64,000 nucleotides of DNA from Candidatus Omnitrophota bacterium (GCA_003141835.1 PLNR01000011.1:14049-78048), one strand, 5' to 3'. Positions 29,020 through 39,754 are shown, counted from the first letter of the stretch. Notes: generated by a model not told the origin, from the sequence alone. Numbers and translations: made by a program.

Positions 29020-29415
29020 CTAACGTTTAGTCCACTGGAAATGGCTGCGGGCTCCTTTTTGTCCGTACTTTTTACGTTCCTTCATGCGCGGATCGCGGGT
29101 CAAGAGACCTTTGCCGCGAAGAACGGAACGGTAAGTAGAATCCGCCTTGAGCAGGGCGCGGGCTATGCCTAAACGCACAGCGCCGGCCTGGCTTGCCACG
29201 CCGCCGCCTGCGACATTCACGAAAATGTCGTATTTTGCCGCGGTCTGCGTAGCTTCAAGCGGCTCTTTAAGGATACCCCTGAGAGTCTCCCTCGGGAAAT
29301 AATCGTCGAGAGTCCTTTTATTGACGACGAACTGGCCTGAGCCGGGTCTCAATATGACCCTGGCCGTCGACTCTTTCCTTCTTCCGGTGCCTAAAAATAA
29401 TGCCTGTGCTTCCAT
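29020..29415 (-). CDS. rpsI: 30S ribosomal protein S9
   Basis: [30 protein letters not shown]-terminus. Confidence 0.98.
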   Translation of the reverse strand: MEAQALFLGTGRRKESTARVILRPGSGQFVVNKRTLDDYFPRETLRGILKEPLEATQTAAKYDIFVNVAGGGVASQAGAVRLGIARALLKADSTYRSVLRGKGLLTRDPRMKERKKYGQKGARSHFQWTKR

Positions 29416-29427
29416 CTGTCTCCTGTA

Positions 29428-29847
29428 TTATACCTTTAAGGGTTCGGGTTTCTGGGCAGCCATGTTATGCTCCTTGCCCGCGAATACTTTCAATCTGCCC
29501 AACGCGCTCTTTCCGACCTTGTTCTTCGGCAGCATGCCTTTTACCGCGTGGGTAATGACGTATTCCGGCTTCCTCACCAGCAGGTCCTCCAGCATCTCGG
29601 ATCTCCTGCCGCCGGGATAGCCCGAATACCAGTCATATTCTTTTGCTTTCAATTTATTCCCGGTCACTTTTATCTTGGCGGCGTTCACGACGACCACGCC
29701 GTCACCGGTATTAAAATCCCTGCGGTACGTGGGCTTATTTTTGCCCGAAAGTACGCGCGCGACAGCCACGGCAACCCTTCCCAGGATCTTGCCGTCGGCA
29801 TCGACTATGAACCATTTTTCGGATATTTTTTGTTCCTTTTTCACCAT
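29428..29847 (-). CDS. rplM: 50S ribosomal protein L13
   Basis: WFIVDA..LGR, GK.KP.Y, GD.VVVVNA, SGYPGG, AVKGMLPK. Confidence 0.98.
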   Translation of the reverse strand: MVKKEQKISEKWFIVDADGKILGRVAVAVARVLSGKNKPTYRRDFNTGDGVVVVNAAKIKVTGNKLKAKEYDWYSGYPGGRRSEMLEDLLVRKPEYVITHAVKGMLPKNKVGKSALGRLKVFAGKEHNMAAQKPEPLKV

Positions 29848-29887
29848 TTTAGGCCTTCCTCAGATAGGTTAACATCAAGAAGTAAGA

Positions 29888-29915
29888 ATTATAACATAAT
29901 ACGAGGGAATGTCAA
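29888..29915 (-). promoter_or_regulatory. Consensus sigma70 promoter of rplM-rpsI
   Basis: Minus strand TTGACA-16 nt-TATAAT with extended -10 TG. Confidence 0.85.
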
Positions 29916-29957
29916 GGGAAAATTAGTCTAATCCGCCCTACCTGGCCTTGCCAGCCA

Positions 29958-30692
29958 TCAGTATTTGACCTCCATCAGGCATAACCCCTTTGCCGGGGCC
30001 GTTTCGCCTGCAAACTTCCTGTCCCTTGCCTTAAGTGTACGGGCCATGCTCCCGGCCGGCTTCCTGCCGCGGCCGATATCTACCAATGTCCCGGCAATAT
30101 TCCTTACCATATTATACAAAAATCCGTCCGCCTCGACATCAATAATTATCGCCCCACCCTTCTTCTTTATATCAAGCTTCTTTATCGTGCGGATGGAGGA
30201 GCGTTCGATCCTGTCCGCGGCCTGGAAAGACTTGAAGTCGTGCTTTCCTACTAATGCCTTCGCCTCTTTCTTCATCAGCGCGACATTAAGCTTATAGGGA
30301 AGGTATACGGTGAAATTCCCGGATATCGCGGAACGGGACGAGCCGTTCATTATCGTGTAACGGTAGAGTTTTGACCTCGCGTCGAACCTGGAATTGAACT
30401 TAGGCGGGACTTCCTTAACTTCCTTAATCGCTATATCCTTCGGCAGGACACTGTTGAGCGCCCTCTGCAGTTTGAACGGCGGGATCTTCGACTCCGTCTT
30501 GAAATTCGCGAAGAGGCTTAACGCGTGTACGCCGGCGTCGGTCCTGCCGCAAGAAATAAGCCGCGCTCCACGGCCCGTTATCCGTTTAAGCGCGGCTTCT
30601 ATAGTATCCTGTATGCTTTTGGCGTTCTTCTGCGACTGCCAACCGGCGTAATCCGTGCCGTCGTATTCTATTTTAAGTAGGATATTACGCAT
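29958..30692 (-). CDS. truA: tRNA pseudouridine(38-40) synthase
   Basis: YDGT.Y.GWQ, GRTDAGVHA, GKHDF.SF, GFLYNMVR, TAP..GL. Confidence 0.97.
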   Translation of the reverse strand: MRNILLKIEYDGTDYAGWQSQKNAKSIQDTIEAALKRITGRGARLISCGRTDAGVHALSLFANFKTESKIPPFKLQRALNSVLPKDIAIKEVKEVPPKFNSRFDARSKLYRYTIMNGSSRSAISGNFTVYLPYKLNVALMKKEAKALVGKHDFKSFQAADRIERSSIRTIKKLDIKKKGGAIIIDVEADGFLYNMVRNIAGTLVDIGRGRKPAGSMARTLKARDRKFAGETAPAKGLCLMEVKY

Positions 30693-31699
30693 TCGGCTAT
30701 CTGGACGGCATTAGTTGCCGCGCCCTTGCGCAGGTTATCCGCTACGACCCACAGCCACAACCCGTTCTTCACAAAACAATCGGAGCGGATGCGACCGACG
30801 AAGGTCTCATCCCTTCCCTCAGCGTCCTTGGGCATGGGATAAAGGCCTTTCTTCGGGTCATCCTCGACTATTATTCCGGGTGACTTTGCGAGAAGCGCCC
30901 TGACTTTGTCCGGGCTTATCGGTTTTCCGGTCTCTATATACACGGACTCGGAATGGCCGGTCCTGACCGGCACCCTTACGGTGGTCGCTGAGATCTTTAT
31001 CTTGTCCGCGTGCATTATCTTGCGGGTCTCGTGGACCAGCTTCCACTCCTCGTTGGTATAATCACATTCAGTAAAACTGCCGATGTGCGGAAAGACATTA
31101 TAAGCCAGCTGCTGCGGCATCGAGCGCTCGACGTCTACATTGATATTCTCATATCTGCTCGCGTGGATCGCAGCCGCCTCGGCCTTGAGCTGTTCGACCG
31201 CGCTCTTGCCTGCGCCTGACGACGCCTGCAGAGTAGTGACGATTATCCTCTTTATCCCGACCTTCTTGTGGATAGGGTAAAGCGCTACGACCATCTGTAT
31301 GGTCGAGCAGTTCGGGTTAGCGATTATCCCCTTATGTTTCTTGACATCGGCACAGTTCACTTCGGGGACGACAAGCGGGACTTTCGGGTCCATGCGGAAA
31401 TCGGCGCCGTTATCAATGACGACGCATCCCCTCTTTACCGCCTCCGGCGCGTAAGTCACGGCTGCGCCCTTTTCACCTTCAGTGCCGGCGAAGAGCGCTA
31501 TATCCATCCCATCAAAAGCCTCGGGAGATATCGCCTGCACGGAATATTTATCTCCATCAACAGTTATCTCCCTGGCGCTCCGCGCCAAGACCCGCAGGTC
31601 TCCTACCGGGAAATTCCGCTGGCGCAACACGCGCAGCATCTCTATCCCGACAACGCCGACTCCGACGACTACTACGTTATATCTGCTTTTTCTTTTCAT
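30668..31699 (-). CDS. asd: Aspartate-semialdehyde dehydrogenase
   Basis: VPLVVPEVN, ANPNCSTIQ, SGAG, EEWK...ET.KI, VRVPV..GHSE, DNLRKGAATNAVQIAE. Confidence 0.97.
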   Translation of the reverse strand: MKRKSRYNVVVVGVGVVGIEMLRVLRQRNFPVGDLRVLARSAREITVDGDKYSVQAISPEAFDGMDIALFAGTEGEKGAAVTYAPEAVKRGCVVIDNGADFRMDPKVPLVVPEVNCADVKKHKGIIANPNCSTIQMVVALYPIHKKVGIKRIIVTTLQASSGAGKSAVEQLKAEAAAIHASRYENINVDVERSMPQQLAYNVFPHIGSFTECDYTNEEWKLVHETRKIMHADKIKISATTVRVPVRTGHSESVYIETGKPISPDKVRALLAKSPGIIVEDDPKKGLYPMPKDAEGRDETFVGRIRSDCFVKNGLWLWVVADNLRKGAATNAVQIAECVISYLK

Positions 31700-31709
31700 T
31701 TCTCCACCT

Positions 31710-33134
31710 TTATAATATCAGTGCTCTCGCTTCATCTTTTTTTTCAGAAGGGACATAGATCCTGTACTGGTCGATGGCTGTCCTTATCGGCATGCCCCAT
31801 GTATACCTCAAAGGCTCGACCAGGGCCTTTATTTGCCTGCTCTTCAAAAATTCGCTTTTTATTGTCGCCTCTATCTCGTCAAAGGCGATGTAGCAGATGC
31901 CCCACTCCTTGATCCCGGATTCTTTCTTCATCTTAAAGAATCTTGCTTGCTGGATAAGGTCAGAAAATACCCCAACGCTGACTAATATGAATGAAGCGCT
32001 GTAGAGCCCGTGGGACTGAAAAGGTACCTGGTATCTCGACCTTATTATCTCCGGAATAATCTCCATCACAATAAGTATCGCCGACGTGACCAGCAGTACC
32101 CTTGACATATTAGCATCTAAATAACCTTCTGGGTCATTTTGGGCATCCGTAAAAGAATAACCGTGCCTGTCTAAAAGCGACCGAACATGTTTCGAATCAA
32201 AAACCAAATATATATACGAAAGGGTGAAGACGAAAATCAGGAGTATAGTCAATATAAGGTTGTATTTCCAGATAAAGTTAACATGCAATATCGGAGAAAA
32301 CGAAAACAATAAATAGGTCAATCCGATAATGGCAGAAGCACACGCCACGGGAGCAGTCCCCAGATAAGACGCCTTTAATTCTATAACCGCGCTATTTGGG
32401 CCGTTTATGTTCAGGATCCTGCCCCTCCTTGTAACATAATAAATACCCCACGCCAGTACAGCCCAAAAAGTTATTAGAAGAATGAAATCCCCGAGACAGA
32501 TCGACCTGTTAATCTGGTCGTAAGCGCTTTCGATCCCTGCGACTATCCTGAATATAAATGATGACACGATGATCATCACGACCCCGTTCCCTATGCCGTA
32601 TCGGGTAATCAAACCGGCTATATATATCAAGAAAAACACGGCCGCAGTCATTGAAAAAACGATGACCAGCTTAAAGATCAAGCCGTGAATAACAACTATA
32701 TTATTGCCTCCGGGAACATTTAAGCGTTCCAGCCACGAGATCGTATAATAAGACTGTAATATGGAAATCGCTATAGTGACCGCATAGGTCAATTTTAAAA
32801 CCGCATCCCGGCCCCTTTCCCCTCCGAATGAAAAACGCCTCAACGGGGGGATGATAAGAGATGCTATCTGCAACAATATGCATGCGGAAATAAAAGGCAT
32901 CAGGCCTAAACTGAATATTGTAAAATTTGAAAAGGGACCGCCAAGCAAGCCGTAACGGGGAGTCCCCGTTGATGTCATTGCGCTCTTGATAAATTCGTAA
33001 AAAGCTCCCGAATCGACTCCGGGAAGGGGAATCAAGTACAATAACCTGACTACGATAAGCATTCCGACAGTAAACAAAAGCCTTCTTAAGGCATCCTTAT
33101 CCTTAAACATCCAAGCTATGGTATCTTTTACCAA
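31710..33134 (-). CDS. Divergent SecY-family membrane protein with a C-terminal DUF2007-like domain
   Basis: RRLLFT..IPLPGVD, IFSLGLMPFISACI, GERGR, ITRYGIGNG, VGVFSD..Q give a SecY-like 10-TM layout; tail IEA..LKSRQI..YRIYVP....EARALI; sits outside the ribosomal protein operon. Confidence 0.85.
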   Translation of the reverse strand: MVKDTIAWMFKDKDALRRLLFTVGMLIVVRLLYLIPLPGVDSGAFYEFIKSAMTSTGTPRYGLLGGPFSNFTIFSLGLMPFISACILLQIASLIIPPLRRFSFGGERGRDAVLKLTYAVTIAISILQSYYTISWLERLNVPGGNNIVVIHGLIFKLVIVFSMTAAVFFLIYIAGLITRYGIGNGVVMIIVSSFIFRIVAGIESAYDQINRSICLGDFILLITFWAVLAWGIYYVTRRGRILNINGPNSAVIELKASYLGTAPVACASAIIGLTYLLFSFSPILHVNFIWKYNLILTILLIFVFTLSYIYLVFDSKHVRSLLDRHGYSFTDAQNDPEGYLDANMSRVLLVTSAILIVMEIIPEIIRSRYQVPFQSHGLYSASFILVSVGVFSDLIQQARFFKMKKESGIKEWGICYIAFDEIEATIKSEFLKSRQIKALVEPLRYTWGMPIRTAIDQYRIYVPSEKKDEARALIL

Positions 33135-33143
33135 GGACTTTTC

Positions 33144-34199
33144 CTATAGGTTCTCTACTACCATATCGCCGACCTCGCTCGTCGAATAACCCATCTTACC
33201 GGCCGCAAGCGATTTCAATTTCGTGTTCACGACTTTGATGACCGCGTCCTCTATCGCCTTCCCGGCTTTATCTTCACCGAGGTTCTCGAGCATCATCCCG
33301 CCGGCGCAGATAGCCGCTAACGGATTGATTATATTCTGGCCCGTGTATTTCGGGGCTGAGCCGCCTATAGGCTCGAACATCGATACGCCCTTCGGGTTGA
33401 TGTTGCCGCCCGCGGCGATGCCCATACCGCCCTGTATCATCGCGCCGAGGTCGGTTATGATATCGCCGAAGAGGTTGTCTGTCACGATGACGTCGAACCA
33501 TTCCGGGTTCTTGACGAACCACATCGTGGTCGCGTCGACATGCGCGTAATCGGTCTTGATCCCCGGATACTCTTTCGCAACCTCGTTGAACGTCCTCTGC
33601 CACAAATCCCAGGCGTAAGTCAGGACGTTCGTCTTGCCGCAGAGAGTGAGCTTGTTTTTCTTGTTGCGCTTTTTGCATAATTCGAAAGCGTACCTTATGC
33701 AGCGCTCAACACCCTTGCGGGTGTTATAAGAGATCTGTATAGCGACCTCTTCGTCGGTACCCTTCTTCTGGAACTCGCCCATGCCCTTGTAAAGTCCTTC
33801 CGAGTTCTCGCGCACGACGACAAAATCAATGTCCTCGGGCTTCTTGTCCTTGAGCGGGCAGTATGCCGAGTTATAGAGCTTGACCGGCCGGAGGTTTATA
33901 TACTGGTCGAGCGTGAAACGCAAATTAAGAAGGACCTGCTTTTCGAGGATGCCGGGCTTTACGTCCGGATGCCCGACAGCGCCGAGGTAAATGGCGTTAT
34001 ATTTTTTGAGCTCCTCGATATCCTTTTCATCTACGGTCTTTCCCGTCCTTAAGTAGCGCTCGCCGCTGAAATCGAATATCTTCGACTCATATTTGAATCC
34101 AAACTTATTGCTTGCGGCTTTTAAGACCTTAAGCCCTTCGTTTATTACTTCCGGCCCTGTCCCATCGCCGGGTATGACAGCGATCCTGTAATTACCCAT
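33144..34199 (-). CDS. leuB: 3-isopropylmalate dehydrogenase
   Basis: IPGDG.GPEV, NLRP, VRENSEG.Y, NLFGDIITD, FEP.GGSAP; follows leuCD. Confidence 0.9.
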   Translation of the reverse strand: MGNYRIAVIPGDGTGPEVINEGLKVLKAASNKFGFKYESKIFDFSGERYLRTGKTVDEKDIEELKKYNAIYLGAVGHPDVKPGILEKQVLLNLRFTLDQYINLRPVKLYNSAYCPLKDKKPEDIDFVVVRENSEGLYKGMGEFQKKGTDEEVAIQISYNTRKGVERCIRYAFELCKKRNKKNKLTLCGKTNVLTYAWDLWQRTFNEVAKEYPGIKTDYAHVDATTMWFVKNPEWFDVIVTDNLFGDIITDLGAMIQGGMGIAAGGNINPKGVSMFEPIGGSAPKYTGQNIINPLAAICAGGMMLENLGEDKAGKAIEDAVIKVVNTKLKSLAAGKMGYSTSEVGDMVVENL

Positions 34200-34683
34200 T
34201 TTTCTTGACCACCCATTTCATGAGCCCGCCCGCCTCGATAAGCTCCTGCATGAACGCGGGCATCGGCTTTGCCTGGTACTTCTTGTTTTTTGTGAGGTTC
34301 CTGATCAACCCTGTCGAGGCATCGACTTCCACTTCGTCGCCTTCTTCTATAGATTTTGCGGCCTCCGGGCACTCGAATATCGGGAGGCCGATGTTTATGC
34401 TGTTCCTGTAGAATATCCTCGCGAAGCTCTCCGCGATGACGCAAGAGATGCCGCAGCCTTTTACAGCAAGAGGCGCGTGCTCGCGGCTCGAGCCGCAGCC
34501 GAAGTTCTTGCCGCCCACGATAATATCACCCGCGGCGATCTTCTTTGAGAAGCCCGGGGTTATGCCGTCCATGCAATTCTCCCCGAGCACTTTCGGGTCT
34601 ACCGAGACAAGGTACTTCGCCGGGATTATCTCATCCGTGTTTATGTCGTTGCCGAATTTCCAGGTCTTGCCTTTGAGTATCAT
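34192..34683 (-). CDS. leuD: 3-isopropylmalate dehydratase small subunit
   Basis: Start MILKG at 34683; [32 protein letters not shown]. Confidence 0.93.
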   Translation of the reverse strand: MILKGKTWKFGNDINTDEIIPAKYLVSVDPKVLGENCMDGITPGFSKKIAAGDIIVGGKNFGCGSSREHAPLAVKGCGISCVIAESFARIFYRNSINIGLPIFECPEAAKSIEEGDEVEVDASTGLIRNLTKNKKYQAKPMPAFMQELIEAGGLMKWVVKKNG

Positions 34684-35951
34684 ATTACTTCCTCCGGATG
34701 CGCTATCCTTCCCTTGATGGCAGACGCTGCCGCCACAGCCGGGTTCGAGAGATAGACCTCGGACTTCAAGTGCCCCATCCGGCCGGTGAAATTCCTGTTC
34801 GTCGTCGCGATAGAGCGCTCGCCGGCGGCCAATATACCCATATGCCCGCCTAAACACGGCCCGCACGTGGGAGTGGAAACCGCGCATCCCGATCTGACGA
34901 AAATCTCGAGCAATCCCTCGTCCATCGCCTGTAAATATACCGCCTGCGTGGCCGGGAAGATTATGCAGCGCACGTCCTTATGGACCTTCTTCCCCTTCAA
35001 GACCTTCGCTGCCATCCTAAGATCGCTGATCCGGCCGTTAGTGCACGAGCCGATGACCGACTGGTCGATCTTCACGTTCTTGACCTGGCTTACAGGCTTC
35101 GCGTTGGACGGCAAAGGCGGCAAGGATACCATCGGCTCGAGTTTCGAGACGTCGTATTCCTTTACCTCGCAATATTGCGCGTCCTTGTCGCTCTTGTATA
35201 TCTTCCATTTCTTCTTGGATTTCTTGGTCGTTTCCTTTACATATTTCAATGTAATCTCATCGGCCGCGATTATGCCGTTCTTGCCACCTGCCTCGATGGC
35301 CATGTTGCACATCGCGAAGCGGTCGTCCATCGGGAGGCTCTCGATCGCGCCGCCAGTAAACTCCATCGCCTTATACAAAGCGCCGTCTACGCCGATATCG
35401 CCTATCGTATAGAGTATGAGGTCCTTGCCTCCGACCCATTTATTGAGCTTCCCCGAATAAATAAACTTTATCGATTCGGGGACTTTAAACCAGATCCTGC
35501 CCCTTATGAACACCGCGGCGAGGTCTGTCGAGCCCACGCCTGTCGAGAACGCGCCGACGGCGCCGTACGTGCAGGTATGCGAATCCGCGCCGATTATGAG
35601 GTCACCGGGCATAGTCAAGCCCTCTTCCGGGAGGAGCGCATGCTCGATGCCCATGCACCCGATCTCATAATAATACTTGATGCTGTGTTTCTTCGCGAAC
35701 TCCCTTAATACCTTGAGCTGCTCTGCGGACTTGATATCCTTCGCCGGAGAAAAGTGATCAGGGACAAGGGCTATCTTCTTGTTATCGAAGACCTTGCCCA
35801 CGCCGGCCTTCTCGAACTCCGATATCGCTATAGGCGCGGTAATGTCGTTGCCGAGACAGAGGTCGACCTTGCAATCGATCAGATCGCCGGGCGAGATAGA
35901 CTTCCTGTCCGTGTGCGCCATCAATATTTTTTCAGTTATCGTATATCCCAT
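34680..35951 (-). CDS. leuC: 3-isopropylmalate dehydratase large subunit
   Basis: [46 protein letters not shown]. Confidence 0.93.
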   Translation of the reverse strand: MGYTITEKILMAHTDRKSISPGDLIDCKVDLCLGNDITAPIAISEFEKAGVGKVFDNKKIALVPDHFSPAKDIKSAEQLKVLREFAKKHSIKYYYEIGCMGIEHALLPEEGLTMPGDLIIGADSHTCTYGAVGAFSTGVGSTDLAAVFIRGRIWFKVPESIKFIYSGKLNKWVGGKDLILYTIGDIGVDGALYKAMEFTGGAIESLPMDDRFAMCNMAIEAGGKNGIIAADEITLKYVKETTKKSKKKWKIYKSDKDAQYCEVKEYDVSKLEPMVSLPPLPSNAKPVSQVKNVKIDQSVIGSCTNGRISDLRMAAKVLKGKKVHKDVRCIIFPATQAVYLQAMDEGLLEIFVRSGCAVSTPTCGPCLGGHMGILAAGERSIATTNRNFTGRMGHLKSEVYLSNPAVAAASAIKGRIAHPEEVI

Positions 35952-36401
35952 TTATAACTCCTTGATATATGCTATTTCATCGCACTTCGCGAACTTCGCG
36001 CAGATACTGCAATCTGTCCATATCTTCTGGGGCAGTTTTTTCTTCTCTGTCGGGATGAACCCGAATTTCTTGAAGAAATCCGATTTCTGCGTCAGGACGA
36101 AGACGCTCTTTATTCCCATATCCTGCGCCTCTTTCAGGCATCCCTTCACAAGCCCGGTCCCGACACCCGATTTCACGTGGTCGGCATCGACAGCCAAAGA
36201 CCTTATCTCAGCCAGCTTGTTAGAGAAGATATGGAGCGCCGCGCAGCCGATCAGTGCATTGCCCTTCTCGTATACCCAGAAATCCCTTAAGCTCTCCGCG
36301 ATCTCGTGCTCGGCGCGGGGAAGCATCATATTCTTGCCGGCGTAATGATCTATAAGCTCGTGTATCCGCCCTGTATCCTTTGCCTGCGCTTTTCTTACCA
36401 T
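35952..36401 (-). CDS. GNAT N-acetyltransferase, probable short-form N-acetylglutamate synthase (ArgA-like)
   Basis: MLPR, AEIRSLAV, G.G..LV, FVLT, FF.KFGF, LPQKIW.DC..C.KF..CDE. Confidence 0.8.
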   Translation of the reverse strand: MVRKAQAKDTGRIHELIDHYAGKNMMLPRAEHEIAESLRDFWVYEKGNALIGCAALHIFSNKLAEIRSLAVDADHVKSGVGTGLVKGCLKEAQDMGIKSVFVLTQKSDFFKKFGFIPTEKKKLPQKIWTDCSICAKFAKCDEIAYIKEL

Positions 36402-36405
36402 ATTA

Positions 36406-37185
36406 TTATATTCTTCCTTCAGTCGGGCTCGAAGGAGAAGCGTATTGCTTGATCGCTATCCTTCCCGACAAATACGCCAATCTTCCTGCCTCGGATGCTA
36501 ATCTCATCGCGCGTGCCATGCCAACCGGGTCTTTGGCGCCGGCAATGCCGGTATTCATAAGCACGCCGTCGACCCCCAATTCCATCGCTACCGCCACATC
36601 CGAAGCCGTGCCGACGCCCGCATCGACAATGACCGGCACTTTGACCGCTTCCAGGATAAATCTTATGTTAATGGGATTTAATATCCCCATACCCGAACCG
36701 ATCGGAGAAGCCAGAGGCATGACGCACGCCGCTCCCGCGTCCGCGAGCTTCTTCGCCATGATCGGGTCGTCGTTCGTGTACGGCATGACGACGAACCCTT
36801 CTTTGACGAGGACTTTGGTCGCCGCGAGCAGCGCTTCAGTGTCCGGGAAGAGCGTCTTTTCATCGCCTATGACCTCAAGTTTCACCAACTCGGACAGGCC
36901 CATCCCGCGCGCGATGCGCGCTATCCTTATTGCGTCTTCCGCAGTGTAGCAGCCTGCCGTGTTAGGCAATATAGTATATTTATTTCTGTCGATATGGTCA
37001 AGTAGAGATTCTTTCTTCGCGCCGGCATCGCCCAGGTCGAGCCGCCTTATTGCGACGGTGACTATCTCGGCTTCCGAGGCCTCGAGCGCTTTTTTCATTA
37101 TGTCGAAATTGGCGTACTTTCCGGTGCCGACGAGCAGCCGCGACTTGAACTCCCTATTCCCTATCTTTAACGCCTTATCTTCCAT
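36406..37185 (-). CDS. thiG: Thiazole synthase
   Basis: [46 protein letters not shown]. Confidence 0.97.
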   Translation of the reverse strand: MEDKALKIGNREFKSRLLVGTGKYANFDIMKKALEASEAEIVTVAIRRLDLGDAGAKKESLLDHIDRNKYTILPNTAGCYTAEDAIRIARIARGMGLSELVKLEVIGDEKTLFPDTEALLAATKVLVKEGFVVMPYTNDDPIMAKKLADAGAACVMPLASPIGSGMGILNPINIRFILEAVKVPVIVDAGVGTASDVAVAMELGVDGVLMNTGIAGAKDPVGMARAMRLASEAGRLAYLSGRIAIKQYASPSSPTEGRI

Positions 37186-37837
37186 ACTTTTCTCCGTAAT
37201 ATTTGCATAATGATCTCAAGTTGCATACCGGGCATTTCGGGTCGCGCGCCGAGCATACCTGCCTGCCGTGCATTATCAGGTGCACGTGGAATTCCTTTAT
37301 CTCACCCTTGGGTGTAGCCCGGGTCAGGTATTCCTGCGCCTTCTCCGGCGTCATCTTCACGCCTATAAGCCCGAGGCGCTTTGTCACCCTGAATATATGC
37401 GTATCCACCGGCATGACCGGCTTATCAAACCCGAAGAGCAGGACGATCGCGGCCGTCTTCGGCCCCACGCCTTTTATCGACCTTAAGAATCCGTATCCTG
37501 CCTGCGTGTCCAGCCGCTTCAAAAAATCCAGTTCCAGAGAGCCCCGCCGTTTTACTATCTCGTCCAGGGCAAATTTAATACGCGGCGCCTTGATATTCGA
37601 AAGACCGGCGATCTTTATCTCGCGCTTTATGGACGAAACGTCCGCCCTCCTTAAACTCTCCCAACTCTTGAAACGTTTTTTGAGATTGTCGAACGCCCGA
37701 AAGGAAGTTACATCAGAGGTGTTCTGCGAGAGGATAGTCTTGACGAGCAGGCCTACCGCGTCTTTCTCTCTTTTAAATCTCAACCGTCCGAAACGGCGGC
37801 GCAAAAGCCTGATCACAGCCGTTATATCGCGCCGCAT
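37175..37837 (-). CDS. nth: Endonuclease III-family HhH-GPD DNA glycosylase with a 4Fe-4S motif
   Basis: ILSQNT, GVGPKTA, PVDTHI.RV, HGR..C......C..C.....C. Confidence 0.85.
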   Translation of the reverse strand: MRRDITAVIRLLRRRFGRLRFKREKDAVGLLVKTILSQNTSDVTSFRAFDNLKKRFKSWESLRRADVSSIKREIKIAGLSNIKAPRIKFALDEIVKRRGSLELDFLKRLDTQAGYGFLRSIKGVGPKTAAIVLLFGFDKPVMPVDTHIFRVTKRLGLIGVKMTPEKAQEYLTRATPKGEIKEFHVHLIMHGRQVCSARDPKCPVCNLRSLCKYYGEKYGR

Positions 37838-39067
37838 CTATCTTTCGATGACCGTGCTCTTGGCTACCACGACCAGCCCGGACTCGGTCATCGTAAACCT
37901 CTTCTTGTCTTCCTCGGGATCGTACCCGATCTCGGCTCCTTGCGGGACCTTGACATCCTTATCTATTATCGCGCGCCTTATTTTGGCGTTGCGCCCGATA
38001 TCCACGCCTTCCATCACTATCGAATCGATGACGCTGGCGTAGCTGTTTACCCTAACGTTCGGCGAAAGTATCGAGCGGTCAACCTTGCCGCCGGATATTA
38101 TGCAGCCGTTAGAGACCATCGAATCTACCGCCACGCCGATACGGTCGCCGTCGTCGCCGCCCGCAAAAACGAACTTGGCCGGCGGGTATTTCTCCATATA
38201 GGTACGTATCGGCCATTCCTTGTCATAGAGGTTGAAGATCGGCGTCACGCTGATAAGGTCCATGTTCGCCTCGTAATACGCGTCGAGCGTCCCGATATCG
38301 CGCCAGTATTGCGCCTCTTTTTTGTTCTCATCCTTGAAATTATAAGCAAAGACCTTCGCCTTTTTCGCGACCATCCCCGGAAGGATGTTCTTCCCGAAAT
38401 CGTGTTTGCTCGCCGGGTCCTGCGCGTCGGCATTAAGCACTTCCTTGAGCACGTCGGTCTTGAAGACGTATATGCCCATCGACGCGTAGATATGCGCCGG
38501 GTCGCCCGGGATCGTCTTAGGGGTCTTCGGTTTCTCCTCGAAGCCGAGTATCCTCTCGTTGCGGTCGACCTCGAGCACGCCGAAATGCTGCGAATCCTTC
38601 TTATCCATCTCTACGACCGAGACGGTGCAGTCGGCGCCTTTCGCTATATGATAATCGATCATCTCCGCGTAATTCATCTTGTAGATGTGGTCGCCGGCCA
38701 ATATCAGCACATATTCAGGCTTCTCGGTCTCGATGAAATAAAGGTTTTGGAATATCGAATCCGCGGTGCCCATATACCACGTATCGCCGGTCCTCATCTG
38801 CGCCGGGACTATATCTATGTATTCGCCGAGTTCCGCGTCGAATATGTTCCAGCCGAGCCGCAAATGCCTTATAAGCGAATTACATTTATATTGCAGGAGG
38901 ACATGGATCCGCCGTATCCCCGAATTTATGCAGTTCGAGAGAGTGACGTCGATGATCCTGTATATCCCGCCGAACGGGACTGCAGGCTTGGTCCTGTCCC
39001 TGGTCAGGGGGATAAGCCTCTCGCCCTTCCCGCCCGCCATTATGAAAGCTATTACATTCTTATTCAT
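37838..39067 (-). CDS. glgC: Glucose-1-phosphate adenylyltransferase
   Basis: AGG.GERL.PLT..R.KPAVPFGG.YR, WY.GTAD, AGDHIYKM, FEEKP, DFGKNI, YWRDIG. Confidence 0.97.
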   Translation of the reverse strand: MNKNVIAFIMAGGKGERLIPLTRDRTKPAVPFGGIYRIIDVTLSNCINSGIRRIHVLLQYKCNSLIRHLRLGWNIFDAELGEYIDIVPAQMRTGDTWYMGTADSIFQNLYFIETEKPEYVLILAGDHIYKMNYAEMIDYHIAKGADCTVSVVEMDKKDSQHFGVLEVDRNERILGFEEKPKTPKTIPGDPAHIYASMGIYVFKTDVLKEVLNADAQDPASKHDFGKNILPGMVAKKAKVFAYNFKDENKKEAQYWRDIGTLDAYYEANMDLISVTPIFNLYDKEWPIRTYMEKYPPAKFVFAGGDDGDRIGVAVDSMVSNGCIISGGKVDRSILSPNVRVNSYASVIDSIVMEGVDIGRNAKIRRAIIDKDVKVPQGAEIGYDPEEDKKRFTMTESGLVVVAKSTVIER

Positions 39068-39068
39068 G

Positions 39069-39704
39069 TTATTTTTTAACCGCCGGGGTGAAAAATACCT
39101 GTACGACGATCTCCAGTATACCCATCCTTATCATCATTACCGCTATAGCCGCGAGGAAGATATCCGATACCTTCGCGAGCGCCCTGGAACCGCCTTTGCC
39201 GAGGACTTTTATGAAATAATCGGCTTTCCAGAGGACAAGCCACATTATGAGCATATTCAACACTATCGAGACTACCGTCGGTATAAGTCCGTAGGCCTCT
39301 CTCATTACCAGCACCGTCGTGAGCACAGCCGGGCCGGTTATAAGCGGCGTCCCGAGGGGAAATACGCCGACATCCGTGGTCGGGTGGCTCCTCTTATCCT
39401 CCCCTGGAAGCAAAAGATGTATCGCAAGGACCAAAAGCAAAATGCCGCCGGCGATCCTGAAATCCGGTACCTGTACATTCATCAGCCGTAACAATATATT
39501 GCCGAAGAAGATAAAAAGGATGGCTATAATGCTAGCCACAAGTATGCTGTTCGATATCACCTTCTGGCGGTCTTTCGGCTTCATCCCCTCCGTAAGGGAG
39601 AAATAAAGCGGCAGGTTCCCGAATGAGTTGACTGCCATGAAGATCGGGATAAATGTCATAATGTACGGCGCTACCGGTGCTAAAGCTTTAAATACGGCTC
39701 CCAT
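39069..39704 (-). CDS. MarC family integral membrane protein
   Basis: FRIAGGILL, VFPLGTPLITGP, LAAIAV motifs; about six TM segments. Confidence 0.92.
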   Translation of the reverse strand: MGAVFKALAPVAPYIMTFIPIFMAVNSFGNLPLYFSLTEGMKPKDRQKVISNSILVASIIAILFIFFGNILLRLMNVQVPDFRIAGGILLLVLAIHLLLPGEDKRSHPTTDVGVFPLGTPLITGPAVLTTVLVMREAYGLIPTVVSIVLNMLIMWLVLWKADYFIKVLGKGGSRALAKVSDIFLAAIAVMMIRMGILEIVVQVFFTPAVKK

Positions 39705-39725
39705 ATTATTTCCTTTCGTGTCACT

Positions 39726-39754
39726 ATTATATTAAAAAGGCGGCCAAAAAGCAA
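39726..39754 (-). promoter_or_regulatory. Putative sigma70 promoter upstream of the marC-family gene
   Basis: Minus strand TTGCTT-17 nt-TATAAT. Confidence 0.6.

Noticed and set aside
37940-39079. Long plus-strand ORFs antisense to real genes (also 16935-17681, 19848-21042, 37203-38042, 50911-51807)
   Set aside because: They are shadows of well-supported minus-strand genes, expected from codon bias, with no motifs, SD or promoter.
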